Source: Rhodospirillales bacterium (GTDB lineage: Bacteria > Pseudomonadota > Alphaproteobacteria > Rhodospirillales > Shumkoniaceae). From it: a stretch of DNA of 24,000 bases. The stretch is taken from the NCBI GenBank assembly GCA_016776725.1, contig JADHSV010000024.1, forward strand, positions 28,080 to 52,079, written 5' to 3'. Below the pieces are notes generated by a model, which was given only the letters and a program-made list of their open reading frames with translations, was not told the origin of the DNA and ran no database searches. Below, piece after piece: positions 7,779 to 15,858 of this stretch. Numbering within the stretch: position 1 is the stretch's first letter; every line of letters begins with the position of its first letter. The position numbers and the translations under genes were made by a program.

Positions 7779-7809
7779 GCTTACATTCGATGTAAGCGCA
7801 ATTTTTTTT
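7779..7809 (+). terminator. Hairpin plus T8 just upstream of purA (second tandem terminator or leader attenuator)
   Basis: Stem GCTTACAT (7779-7786) / ATGTAAGC (7790-7797), loop TCG, then GCAA plus T8 (7802-7809). Ends 35 nt before the purA ATG. Confidence 0.55.
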
Positions 7810-7844
7810 GTGTGCACTCATCAGCAGCGGAGTCGTTTGATATT

Positions 7845-9137
7845 ATGGCCAACGTAGTCGTTGTGGGCGCCCAGTGGGGCGACGAAGGCAAGGGAAAAAT
7901 TGTCGACTGGCTTTCCGAGAGGGCCGAAGTCGTCGTTCGTTTTCAAGGCGGCCATAATGCCGGCCATACGCTGGTTATCGATGGTGTGACCTACAAATGC
8001 AGCGCGCTTCCGTCGGGCATCGTGCGCAAGGGCAAACTTTCGGTTATCGGCAATGGCGTTGTGCTGGACCCATGGGCGCTCCTGGCCGAAATGGACAAGC
8101 TGGCGGAACTGGGCGTCGAGATTTCGCCGGATCGTCTGCAAATCGCCGAAAACACCGTCCTGATCCTGCCGGTCCATCAAAATCTGGATCTGGCCCGCGA
8201 AAAAGCTCTGGGCAGCGCCAAAATCGGCACCACGGGCCGCGGCATCGGCCCGGCCTATGAGGACAAGGTGGGCAGACGCGCCATTCGGGCAGGCGACCTT
8301 GCCGAAATCGACGTTCTGCCCGAACGGGTCGAAAAGCTGCTGCTGCACCACAACGCGCTTCTTCGCGGCTTTGGCATGCCCGAGCTGGATCGCGACGAAG
8401 TGGTTGCCGAAATCGCCGCCGTTGCGCCGAAAATTCTCCCGTACGTCGGGGCCGTGTGGCGTACGCTGGATGGTGTGCGCAAATCCGGCAAGCGCATCCT
8501 GTACGAAGGCGCACAGGGCATGTTGCTGGACATCGACCACGGCACCTATCCGTTCGTCACTTCGTCCAACACCGTGGCCGGGCAGGCCGCCGTGGGTTCG
8601 GGCCAGGGGCCGGGCGCCATCGATTACGTGCTGGGCATCGCCAAGGCTTACACCACGCGGGTCGGATCGGGACCGTTCCCGACCGAATTGTTCGACGACG
8701 TGGGGCGTGGATTGGGTGAGCGGGGCCGCGAATTCGGCACCGTCACGGGGCGTCCGCGCCGGTGCGGCTGGTTTGATGCCGTGTTGACCCGTCAGTCGGC
8801 CAAGGTCAACGGCCTGAACGGGGTCGCCTTGACCAAACTTGACGTGCTGGACGGGGTCAAGGAACTGAAGGTTTGCGTCGGCTATCGCATCGATGGCGAA
8901 ACCATTGACTATTTTCCGGCATCCTCCACTAAACAAGCGAAGGTCGAGCCCATATATGAAACCATGGAAGGCTGGACCGAAAGCACCTTCGGCGCGCGCT
9001 CGTGGGCCGAACTTCCGGCCACGGCGGTCAAGTATGTGCGCCGCATCGAGGAGCTGATCGAAGCCCCGGTGGCGCTGCTTTCCACCAGCCCCGAGCGCAT
9101 GGACACCATACTGGTGCACGATCCATTCGCCGATTAG
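7845..9137 (+). CDS. purA: Adenylosuccinate synthase
   Basis: [21 protein letters not shown] is the canonical PurA N-terminus/P-loop. 430 aa from ATG 7845. The ORF-track start at 7764 adds a non-homologous extension. Confidence 0.95.
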   Translation: MANVVVVGAQWGDEGKGKIVDWLSERAEVVVRFQGGHNAGHTLVIDGVTYKCSALPSGIVRKGKLSVIGNGVVLDPWALLAEMDKLAELGVEISPDRLQIAENTVLILPVHQNLDLAREKALGSAKIGTTGRGIGPAYEDKVGRRAIRAGDLAEIDVLPERVEKLLLHHNALLRGFGMPELDRDEVVAEIAAVAPKILPYVGAVWRTLDGVRKSGKRILYEGAQGMLLDIDHGTYPFVTSSNTVAGQAAVGSGQGPGAIDYVLGIAKAYTTRVGSGPFPTELFDDVGRGLGERGREFGTVTGRPRRCGWFDAVLTRQSAKVNGLNGVALTKLDVLDGVKELKVCVGYRIDGETIDYFPASSTKQAKVEPIYETMEGWTESTFGARSWAELPATAVKYVRRIEELIEAPVALLSTSPERMDTILVHDPFAD

Positions 9138-9165
9138 CGGCGTGATTACTCGGAGGCTTTGCGAG

Positions 9166-9426
9166 ATGTCTGACCAGGCGAGCACCAAAGACGGAACAAG
9201 AGCCTCCACCGAAATCCAGTTGCTGATCGTCAAACTGCTGGCTGAGGGAATTGATCCCAAGGCCATTGCCATTGCCACGTGTGGCGTCGGCTCGGCCATG
9301 CTGACCAAGCAGTTCAGCCAGCCCGACGCGACCCAGATCGGATACGGATTAGTGGAAAGCGCCGCGCGGGGCGATCTGCCCCTTATCCCGGCGCTGACCG
9401 CCACCAACGCCAATCCAAAAGAATAA
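9166..9426 (+). CDS. Hypothetical small protein (86 aa)
   Basis: ATG 9166 is preceded by CGGAGG (9151-9156). Packed tightly between purA and the next gene, with GC-rich third codon positions like its neighbours. No family recognised. Confidence 0.5.
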   Translation: MSDQASTKDGTRASTEIQLLIVKLLAEGIDPKAIAIATCGVGSAMLTKQFSQPDATQIGYGLVESAARGDLPLIPALTATNANPKE

Positions 9427-9454
9427 AAAAACCATTATTTTCAGAGGAAACGCA

Positions 9455-10327
9455 ATGCCCCGGCAGATCACCTTTCTTAACGGCGAATTCGTGCCGCACG
9501 AAAACGCCTTCGTCCATATTGATGATCGCGGCTTTACCTTTGCCGACGGAATTTACGATTTTATCCTGGTTCACAAGGGCTGCCTGATCAACGAGGAAGC
9601 CCATCTGGACCGCGTCGACTATTCGCTGGGCGAAATGCAGATTGATCGACCCCTTTCGCGCGACGAACTGAAGGTGACCTTGCGCGAAATGATCGCGCGC
9701 AATGAACTGGTTGAAGGTTTCGTGTACATGCAGTTCACGCGCGGGGTCTCGCCGCGAGATCATCCGTTCCCGCCCAAGGGCACTCGGGCGACGTCGGTAA
9801 TTACCGCGCGCCATATGCCGTTTGCCTCATGGGAGCAGGCGTCCGAAGGCGTTGCCGTTATCACGCTTCCGGACGAACGTTGGAAACGTTGCGACATCAA
9901 GTCGCTCGCCATCCTGCCCAACATTCTGGCCCGCGAAAAAGCGGTGCGCGCAGGGGCGTCCGAAGCCTGGATGTTCGATGAGGACGGCTTTGTTACCGAA
10001 GGTCCCGCCTGCAACGCCTGGATCATTACACGGGAGGGCGCGGTGGTGACCCGGCATCTGGACCGCGCCATTCTTAGCGGCGTCACCCGGCGCAAACTGC
10101 GCGGCGTGCTGGAAAGCCAGGGCATCACGCTGGAGGAACGAAAGTTCAGCGTCGAGGAAGCAAAAAACGCCGCCGAGGCCTACCTGACCAACAGCCCCTA
10201 TCTGGTCAAGCCGGTGGTCAAAATCGACGACACTCCCATCGGCAACGGCAAGGCCGGCCCCGTCACCCTGCAAATCCTGAAAGCCTACCGGGCCGCCCTG
10301 GAGGAACAGTGCGAGGATCGGGAGTAG
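9455..10327 (+). CDS. Class-IV (fold-type IV) aminotransferase, D-amino-acid transaminase-like
   Basis: 290 aa. DRGFTFADGIYDFI, FTRG and CDIKSLAILPNILAREKA (a probable PLP-lysine context) are typical of D-Ala/branched-chain class IV transaminases. GAGGAAA sits upstream of the ATG. Confidence 0.8.
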   Translation: MPRQITFLNGEFVPHENAFVHIDDRGFTFADGIYDFILVHKGCLINEEAHLDRVDYSLGEMQIDRPLSRDELKVTLREMIARNELVEGFVYMQFTRGVSPRDHPFPPKGTRATSVITARHMPFASWEQASEGVAVITLPDERWKRCDIKSLAILPNILAREKAVRAGASEAWMFDEDGFVTEGPACNAWIITREGAVVTRHLDRAILSGVTRRKLRGVLESQGITLEERKFSVEEAKNAAEAYLTNSPYLVKPVVKIDDTPIGNGKAGPVTLQILKAYRAALEEQCEDRE

Positions 10328-10481
10328 TCGCAAGCGGCGTGATCGAAATATAGTCCTGAAGGGGATTGGGCCGCGTCTCCCTTTCCCTTCCTCATTTCCA
10401 TCCGGATCCTGCCCCCCGTTTTGATTTCCGCCCCGACCCCACCGCGATCCCGATCTCCTTCCTCTTCACATCCGCCCACAC

Positions 10482-10524
10482 TTTCACATGATTGCGAATG
10501 TGCCGCATTCGCAATCATGTGAAA
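10482..10524. repeat. Perfect 19-bp inverted repeat with 5-nt loop
   Basis: TTTCACATGATTGCGAATG (10482-10500), TGCCG, CATTCGCAATCATGTGAAA (10506-10524). No U-tract on either strand. Lies in the 412-bp gap between convergent genes, offset toward its left third. Confidence 0.85.
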
Positions 10525-10739
10525 TCAAAAAAGTCGATTGAGGTATGGAGGGTGCGGAGGCCGGGGGCGGGCATGAGGGTAGCGGGTTTGGGGTCGTAAT
10601 TAGAAGAGTACCGGGCACAGAGGTCGGGAGCGAGAAAGTTGGGGGCGGGAGAGTATCGGGAACGGGGGTGCCGCCAGCGGTGAGGAAGGCGGGGAGCGGC
10701 AAGGCCTTGCAGGCAGCCAAGTAGCTGGCCGTTAGGGCG

Positions 10740-11648
10740 TCAGCGTTTTTTTCGCGGCACCACGTTGAAGCCGCCGGTTTTTTCGTACATTTCCATGAGC
10801 GAGGGCATGAGCCTTTCGCCCAGACCCAGATCCATGGCCTTTTGGTAGGATTTGGCGACGGCAAGACCCAAGGACGGCTCCAGCCCGATGGCCGTGGCCA
10901 TTTGGCCGTAGTACGAAACGTCCTTGTGGGCGTTTTGGATGGCGAAGGCGTGACCGGTCAAATCGCCCTCCAGAAATTTCGGAACCATTTTTTGCAGCGA
11001 TCCGCTGTTGGCCGCGCCATTGCTCATGACATCAAACAGCGCGCGCTGATCGACGCCCATGGCGGCAGCCGCAGCCATGCCCTCGGCAATCAGGGCGCAG
11101 GTTCCGGTGGTGACGAAGTTGTTGATCAGCTTGGCGGTGTGCCCGGCGCCCACGCCGCCGAAATACACGACGTTTTCGGAATAGGCGTCGATGACGGGGC
11201 GGATGGTCTCGAACGTTTCGGGACTTGCGCCGACCATGCTGTTTAGCCGCCCTGCTTCGGCGTCGGCAGGCCCGCGCGTAACCGGTGCGTCGGCCATGTG
11301 CGCGCCGAATTTCTCCAGATCGGTGGCGATGTGCCGGGTTGAAGTGGGGTCGCTGGTGGTGCAGTCGATCAGGGTAAAGCCGGGCCGCGCGGCGGCAAGA
11401 ATGCCGTCTTCACCGTAGACAATCTGTTCAACCTGGGGCGAGCCCGAGACACACAAAAACACCATGTCGCAGGCCGTGGCCAGGGCTTTTGGCGTTGCGG
11501 CCTCCGTTGCCCCTTGCCCAACCAGCGCGTCAACGGCTTCGCGGTTGCGGTGCGCCATGACGGCAAGGCCGAAGCCCTTGTTCAGGATATTGCGGGCCAT
11601 GCCATGGCCCATCATGCCCAGCCCGATAAAACCGATTTTGGCTGTCAT
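10740..11648 (-). CDS. NAD(P)-dependent beta-hydroxyacid dehydrogenase (3-hydroxyisobutyrate dehydrogenase / tartronate-semialdehyde reductase family)
   Basis: MTAKIGFIGLGMMGHGMARN Rossmann motif and 302 aa length fit the family. GGGGGAGGGA lies upstream of the ATG. Last gene of the TRAP operon. Confidence 0.85.
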   Translation of the reverse strand: MTAKIGFIGLGMMGHGMARNILNKGFGLAVMAHRNREAVDALVGQGATEAATPKALATACDMVFLCVSGSPQVEQIVYGEDGILAAARPGFTLIDCTTSDPTSTRHIATDLEKFGAHMADAPVTRGPADAEAGRLNSMVGASPETFETIRPVIDAYSENVVYFGGVGAGHTAKLINNFVTTGTCALIAEGMAAAAAMGVDQRALFDVMSNGAANSGSLQKMVPKFLEGDLTGHAFAIQNAHKDVSYYGQMATAIGLEPSLGLAVAKSYQKAMDLGLGERLMPSLMEMYEKTGGFNVVPRKKR

Positions 11649-11707
11649 GGGCGCGTCCCTCCCCCGATGGATGCGAACGGTTTTAGAGCATTTGGTCGGA
11701 AAGTGCT

Positions 11708-12670
11708 CTAACTCTTCTGTCGTTCCACCATATCACAGAGCAGGAAAAACGCGTGGCGTAAGGCATCAACCTTGGCCACGCCCTTGCCCGCGATGTCGTA
11801 GGCCGACCCGTGGGCCGAGGTGGCCACCGGGAAGGGGAAGCCAGCGTGCACGGTAACGCCGCTATCGAAGTCCAGCAGCTTCATGGCGATCTGGCCCTGG
11901 TCGTGATACATGGTGACCACAGCATCGAAATCGCCGTTGCGCGCGCGCAGGAAAATGGTGTCGGCGGGGAACGGGCCATGGGCCTCGATCCCTTCAGCCT
12001 TTGCCTTTTCGACGGCGGGCGCGATGGTGTCGATTTCCTCATGGCCGAAGTTGCCGCCGTCACCGGCGTGCGGGTTCAGCCCGGCCACGGCAAGGCGCGG
12101 TTTTTCATACCCGGCACCCCGCATCGTGATATCGGCAAGGCGGATGGCTTCGAGTACGCCCTCAATTGTTATCAGGTCGCTGACCTTCTTGTGCGATACG
12201 TGGGACGTGACCCTCGAAGTCCACATATGGCCGACGGTATTGATCAGGCCCATGGGGCCCGCATGGCCGATCACGTCGGCGATGAAGCCCTGCTCGTCCT
12301 CGTGCTTCAGTCCGGCCAGATGCATGGCTTCCTTGTTCAGGGGCGCAAAGCAGACCGCGTCGAGTTTGTCGTCCTTTACCAGATTAAGCGCGTATTCCAG
12401 GCAATTCAGTTGCCAGGCTCCGCCTTCCAGAGACACCTTTCCCTGATCAATGGTGGCCGGATCAAGTGGCGGCGCGCCCAAAACCGAGGCTGCCTGACCC
12501 GCCCCATTGCCGAGTCCCGCAATCTCGCACCCGGCCTCGAACATCCGCGCATCACCGATGACGGTGATCTCGGCCCGGTCTGTCACGTCCGCGGACGCTA
12601 CCAGTCTGGCCGTCAATTCGGGACCGATACCGCTGGGATCACCCGGCACGATGCCAATTCTTGGTTTCAT
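11708..12670 (-). CDS. PdxA-family (4-hydroxythreonine-4-phosphate dehydrogenase-like) NAD-dependent dehydrogenase
   Basis: From ATG 12670: MKPRIGIVPGDPSGIGPEL, GLNPHAGDGG and YHDQG are PdxA/PdxA2 family signatures. 320 aa. Starts 22 nt after the dctM stop. Confidence 0.85.
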   Translation of the reverse strand: MKPRIGIVPGDPSGIGPELTARLVASADVTDRAEITVIGDARMFEAGCEIAGLGNGAGQAASVLGAPPLDPATIDQGKVSLEGGAWQLNCLEYALNLVKDDKLDAVCFAPLNKEAMHLAGLKHEDEQGFIADVIGHAGPMGLINTVGHMWTSRVTSHVSHKKVSDLITIEGVLEAIRLADITMRGAGYEKPRLAVAGLNPHAGDGGNFGHEEIDTIAPAVEKAKAEGIEAHGPFPADTIFLRARNGDFDAVVTMYHDQGQIAMKLLDFDSGVTVHAGFPFPVATSAHGSAYDIAGKGVAKVDALRHAFFLLCDMVERQKS

Positions 12671-12692
12671 TTTTTTGTTTCTCCGTCGGGGG

Positions 12693-13976
12693 TCAGCGAT
12701 AGAAGATTTCAACCAGACTCATGGGGATGGCCGGAATGTAGGTGACCAGCAGCAGCACCAGCAAAAGTACGCCGATGAACGGCAAATTCACCTTGGTAGT
12801 GTTCCAGATATCGGTCTTGGCGATGGAGCACGAGGTGACCAGCACACTGGCCACGGGGGGGGTCTGCTGTCCGACCGTGAGGTTCAGCGTCATGATGATG
12901 CCGAAGTGAACCGGATCAACGCCGATCTGGTGGATCAGGGGCATGACGATGGGCACGATCAGAATAATTGCCGCCGCGCCGTGCAAAAACATGCCGAGAA
13001 CAAGCAGCATGATATTGAGCAGGGCCAAAACGGCGTACTTGTTGTCGGTGATGCCGATAATGCCGCGCGCGAAACTCTGCGGCACCTGAATTTCGGTCAG
13101 GTAAAGTCCCAACACCGCCGAGGTTGCCACCAGAAGCATGACGACGGCGGTCTGCATGACCCCTTCGACCATGGCCTTGTGCAGGTGTTCCCAGTGAAGT
13201 TCGCGGTAAATGACGGTGCCGATGATAAGGGCGGCAACCACCGCCAGCCCCGCGCCCTCGGTCGCCGTAACCAGGCCGCCGAAGATGCCGCCAAGGATGA
13301 TTACCGGCAGCAAAAGCGCCCAACCGGCTTCCTTGAAGGCTTTCCACAGGCGGCCCAGATCGAAGGCTTCTTCGCGTGGCAGGTCGTGTTTCACGGCATA
13401 CCAGTAACAAAGTCCCATCATGGAAAGGCCGCCCAGCAGCCCCGGAATAATTCCGGCGACAAAAAGCTGGACGATGGACGCGTCGGCCAATGCGCCATAA
13501 AGGATCATGGCGATGGACGGTGGAATGATGATGGCGATGGAAGCCGACGACGAGGTGACGGCGGCGGCGAAGGTGGCTTTGTAGCCGCGCTTCTTCATGG
13601 CCGGAATTAGCACCGATCCGATGGCCGCGACGTCGGCCACGGCGGAACCCGAAATCTCGGCGAAGAACATGGAAACGCCAACGTTGACCATGGCCAGGCC
13701 ACCACGCACAAAGCCGATCAGCGCAGATGTCAGGTTGATCAGGCGGCGCGAAATGCTGGTCGTGTTCATAAGTGCGCCGGCCAGAATGAACAGCGGAATG
13801 GCCAGCAGCGGGAAGTTGGTTGCGCCGTCGAACATGGTCAGACCGGCATTGAACAAGCTGTCCACGCCCTTGGAAGCGACCATGCCCACGATGGCGACGA
13901 CGCCCAGCGCCACCGCAATGGGCACGTTTATCAGGACGAGGGAGAAAAGGCCAATGACGACGAGGAGTAATGTCAT
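12693..13976 (-). CDS. dctM: TRAP transporter large permease subunit
   Basis: 427 aa, polytopic and hydrophobic, with a typical DctM N-terminus (VPIAVALGVVAIVG, PLLAIPLFILAG). ATGA overlap with the upstream dctQ. Confidence 0.9.
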   Translation of the reverse strand: MTLLLVVIGLFSLVLINVPIAVALGVVAIVGMVASKGVDSLFNAGLTMFDGATNFPLLAIPLFILAGALMNTTSISRRLINLTSALIGFVRGGLAMVNVGVSMFFAEISGSAVADVAAIGSVLIPAMKKRGYKATFAAAVTSSSASIAIIIPPSIAMILYGALADASIVQLFVAGIIPGLLGGLSMMGLCYWYAVKHDLPREEAFDLGRLWKAFKEAGWALLLPVIILGGIFGGLVTATEGAGLAVVAALIIGTVIYRELHWEHLHKAMVEGVMQTAVVMLLVATSAVLGLYLTEIQVPQSFARGIIGITDNKYAVLALLNIMLLVLGMFLHGAAAIILIVPIVMPLIHQIGVDPVHFGIIMTLNLTVGQQTPPVASVLVTSCSIAKTDIWNTTKVNLPFIGVLLLVLLLVTYIPAIPMSLVEIFYR

Positions 13977-14506
13977 GACTTGCCCTGCGCCTCCTCAATC
14001 GCTTCTTCGATGGCGACCATTTCGTAGTCGATGCCCGCGCGAGCCTTGTGCCAGGCGTCGGGCATGCTCAGAAGTTCAGCCGCAATAAAAAGCACGGCTC
14101 CGATGGGGATCACCGACTGGGAGAAACTCAACGGAAGCCAGGCAAGACTGATCAGCGTTTCGTCACCGAACACATCCAGCAGATACCAACCGGCCCAGCC
14201 GATGACCGCGAAAAACCCGATAACGACGAGCTCGGAAAAAACAAACAGGGCCGTGCGTACGCGCGTCGGAAGGCTGAAAAACAGGCCCGAGAACCCCAGA
14301 TGCCCTCGTTTGAGAGCCGCCAGCGCCGAACCGTAATAGGTTAGCCACGCCAATTGAACGGCCGCGACTTCGTCGTACCAAACCAAAGACGCCCCACCCT
14401 TGCGATAGGCGACGGCCAGCACCACGACGACCGCTAGGCTGATCAACAGGCCGACCGAAACGGTCTCCAGAAGCCGTTCAAACCACCGGTTAAGTGTTTT
14501 GCACAT
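13973..14506 (-). CDS. dctQ: TRAP transporter small permease subunit
   Basis: 177 aa with four hydrophobic segments. Positioned between dctP and dctM and overlaps dctM by 4 nt. Confidence 0.85.
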   Translation of the reverse strand: MCKTLNRWFERLLETVSVGLLISLAVVVVLAVAYRKGGASLVWYDEVAAVQLAWLTYYGSALAALKRGHLGFSGLFFSLPTRVRTALFVFSELVVIGFFAVIGWAGWYLLDVFGDETLISLAWLPLSFSQSVIPIGAVLFIAAELLSMPDAWHKARAGIDYEMVAIEEAIEEAQGKS

Positions 14507-14543
14507 GAAAAGCGTGACCCGTGCAGAATTGGGAAAGAAGAAT

Positions 14544-14571
14544 GACCGGCGCCCTTTTCCAGGCGCCGGTC
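14544..14571 (-). other. Intercistronic GC hairpin between dctP and dctQ
   Basis: Perfect 10-bp stem GACCGGCGCC (14544-14553) / GGCGCCGGTC (14562-14571), 8-nt loop. On the minus strand it is followed by the T-rich ATTCTTCTTTCCC. Confidence 0.7.
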
Positions 14572-14586
14572 AGTTGATTGCCCGTA

Positions 14587-15561
14587 TTATTTGGCGAGTT
14601 CCATGGCCATATCGACCATTTTCTGACCGCTCGCCACTTCTTTGGCAAACTGGGCGTAGATAGGCTTACTGGCTTCGACGAAGGCAGCGCGATCGGCCAC
14701 GTTAACGGCCATGCCGCCACCGGCGAGCTTGTTGCGCAGGTCGACGCCCTGCGCGGTGCCGGTCGCATACATCCAGCCCTGCACGTCGCGTGCGGCCTTT
14801 TCAAGAATGGCGCGGACGTCGGCGGGAAGCTTGGCCCAGGCCTTGGTGCCGGTTGTCAGATAGGACGGCGTGTAGACGTGACCCGTAACCGACAGGTACT
14901 TCTGCACTTCCGGGAACTTGGCGGCCCAGATGTTCGTGTAGGGATTTTCCTGACCGTCGATAACGCCAGTTTGCAGGGCGACGAAGACTTCCGAGAAGCT
15001 CATGGGCGTCGGGTTGGCGCCCCATTCGGTGAACATCTTGACTCGCCACGTGCTCTTCGGCGTGCGGATCTTAAGCCCCTTCAGGTCGGCGGGCGTGTTG
15101 ATCGGGCGCACATTGTTGGTGATGTGGCGGATGCCGTTTTCCCAGAAACCGAGAACCTTGTAGCCTTTCTTTTCGATCGCAGGCGCGATCATCGGCCAGA
15201 AGATCTTGTGCTCGATGCGGTTCAGATGCGCGCGGTCCTTAACCAGGAACGGCATATCGAACAGACCGGCTTCACCGGCGATGGACGACATCATGGAAGA
15301 CGGCATGGCAAGATTAACCGTGCCCAGCTTCAACTTCTGCATCAGGTCTTTGTCTTTGCCCAACTGGGCCGAACCGTAAAACGTGACCTTGGCCTTGTCG
15401 CCCAAAAGATCATTGGCCCGCGCGGTGAATTCCTCGGCCGTGACGTGCTGGGTCGACCCCGGCTTTGCACTGATGCCGAACACGATTTCCAGCGCGCTGG
15501 CACTGGACGTTACGCCAAAGGCCATGACACCGGCGCAGGACATAAGAAGCCATTTTTTCAT
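14587..15561 (-). CDS. dctP: TRAP transporter substrate-binding protein (DctP family)
   Basis: 324 aa. Signal peptide MKKWLLMSCAGVMAFGVTSSASA. WENGIRHITN contains the conserved carboxylate-binding Arg context. Strong GAGGAGG upstream of the ATG. Confidence 0.9.
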   Translation of the reverse strand: MKKWLLMSCAGVMAFGVTSSASALEIVFGISAKPGSTQHVTAEEFTARANDLLGDKAKVTFYGSAQLGKDKDLMQKLKLGTVNLAMPSSMMSSIAGEAGLFDMPFLVKDRAHLNRIEHKIFWPMIAPAIEKKGYKVLGFWENGIRHITNNVRPINTPADLKGLKIRTPKSTWRVKMFTEWGANPTPMSFSEVFVALQTGVIDGQENPYTNIWAAKFPEVQKYLSVTGHVYTPSYLTTGTKAWAKLPADVRAILEKAARDVQGWMYATGTAQGVDLRNKLAGGGMAVNVADRAAFVEASKPIYAQFAKEVASGQKMVDMAMELAK

Positions 15562-15704
15562 CTAGAATTACCTCCTCAGACAACGTGTGATTTGTTCGTA
15601 AAAAGCCTGCCTGTTGCCGCTATGCGTCTGGATTCCCAGTTTTGTGCATATGTCATAAGCGCATCGTGCGTCAAAGGCAGTCAGCGGCGTAAAAACTCTC
15701 TCAT

Positions 15705-15716
15705 ATGGTATACCAT
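15705..15716. promoter_or_regulatory. Candidate GntR-family operator ATGGTATACCAT (site 1, dctP side)
   Basis: Perfect 12-bp palindrome. On the minus strand it directly follows a TTGACA hexamer (15723-15718), so it would occupy a promoter spacer. Core GT-N-AC fits the general GntR-family operator pattern. Confidence 0.5.
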
Positions 15717-15825
15717 TTGTCAACGCCCCTTTCTGAAGCCGAAGACAGATTTCCAAGAAAACACATTAAATGGTTGTTTTATCACAAAAAAATATGGGAT
15801 TGGATTTGATACTAGAGTGCAATGC

Positions 15826-15837
15826 ATGGTATACAAT
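15826..15837. promoter_or_regulatory. Candidate GntR-family operator ATGGTATACAAT (site 2, regulator side)
   Basis: Matches site 1 at 11 of 12 positions. Ends 21 nt upstream of the GntR-family ATG and contains -10-like TATACA/TACAAT, with TTGATA (15806-15811) 18 nt upstream of TATACA. Confidence 0.5.
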
Positions 15838-15858
15838 TTTTGCGTTGCCCTGTGAGAG

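Noticed and set aside
10484-10864. 126-aa proline-rich minus-strand ORF spanning the convergent spacer
   Set aside because: It is an artefact of the C-rich minus strand. It overlaps the 3' end of the HIBADH-like gene in another frame and starts inside the 19-bp inverted repeat.
15586-15600. TGTGATTTGT in the dctP leader, sharing 11 nt (GTGTGATTTGT) with the minus-strand reading of the CRP box at 2002-2017
   Set aside because: Only one half-site is present. The partner half (CGTAA at N6, or TCGTA at N5) does not match TCACA at the correct spacing, so it is probably coincidental or at most a weak half-site.
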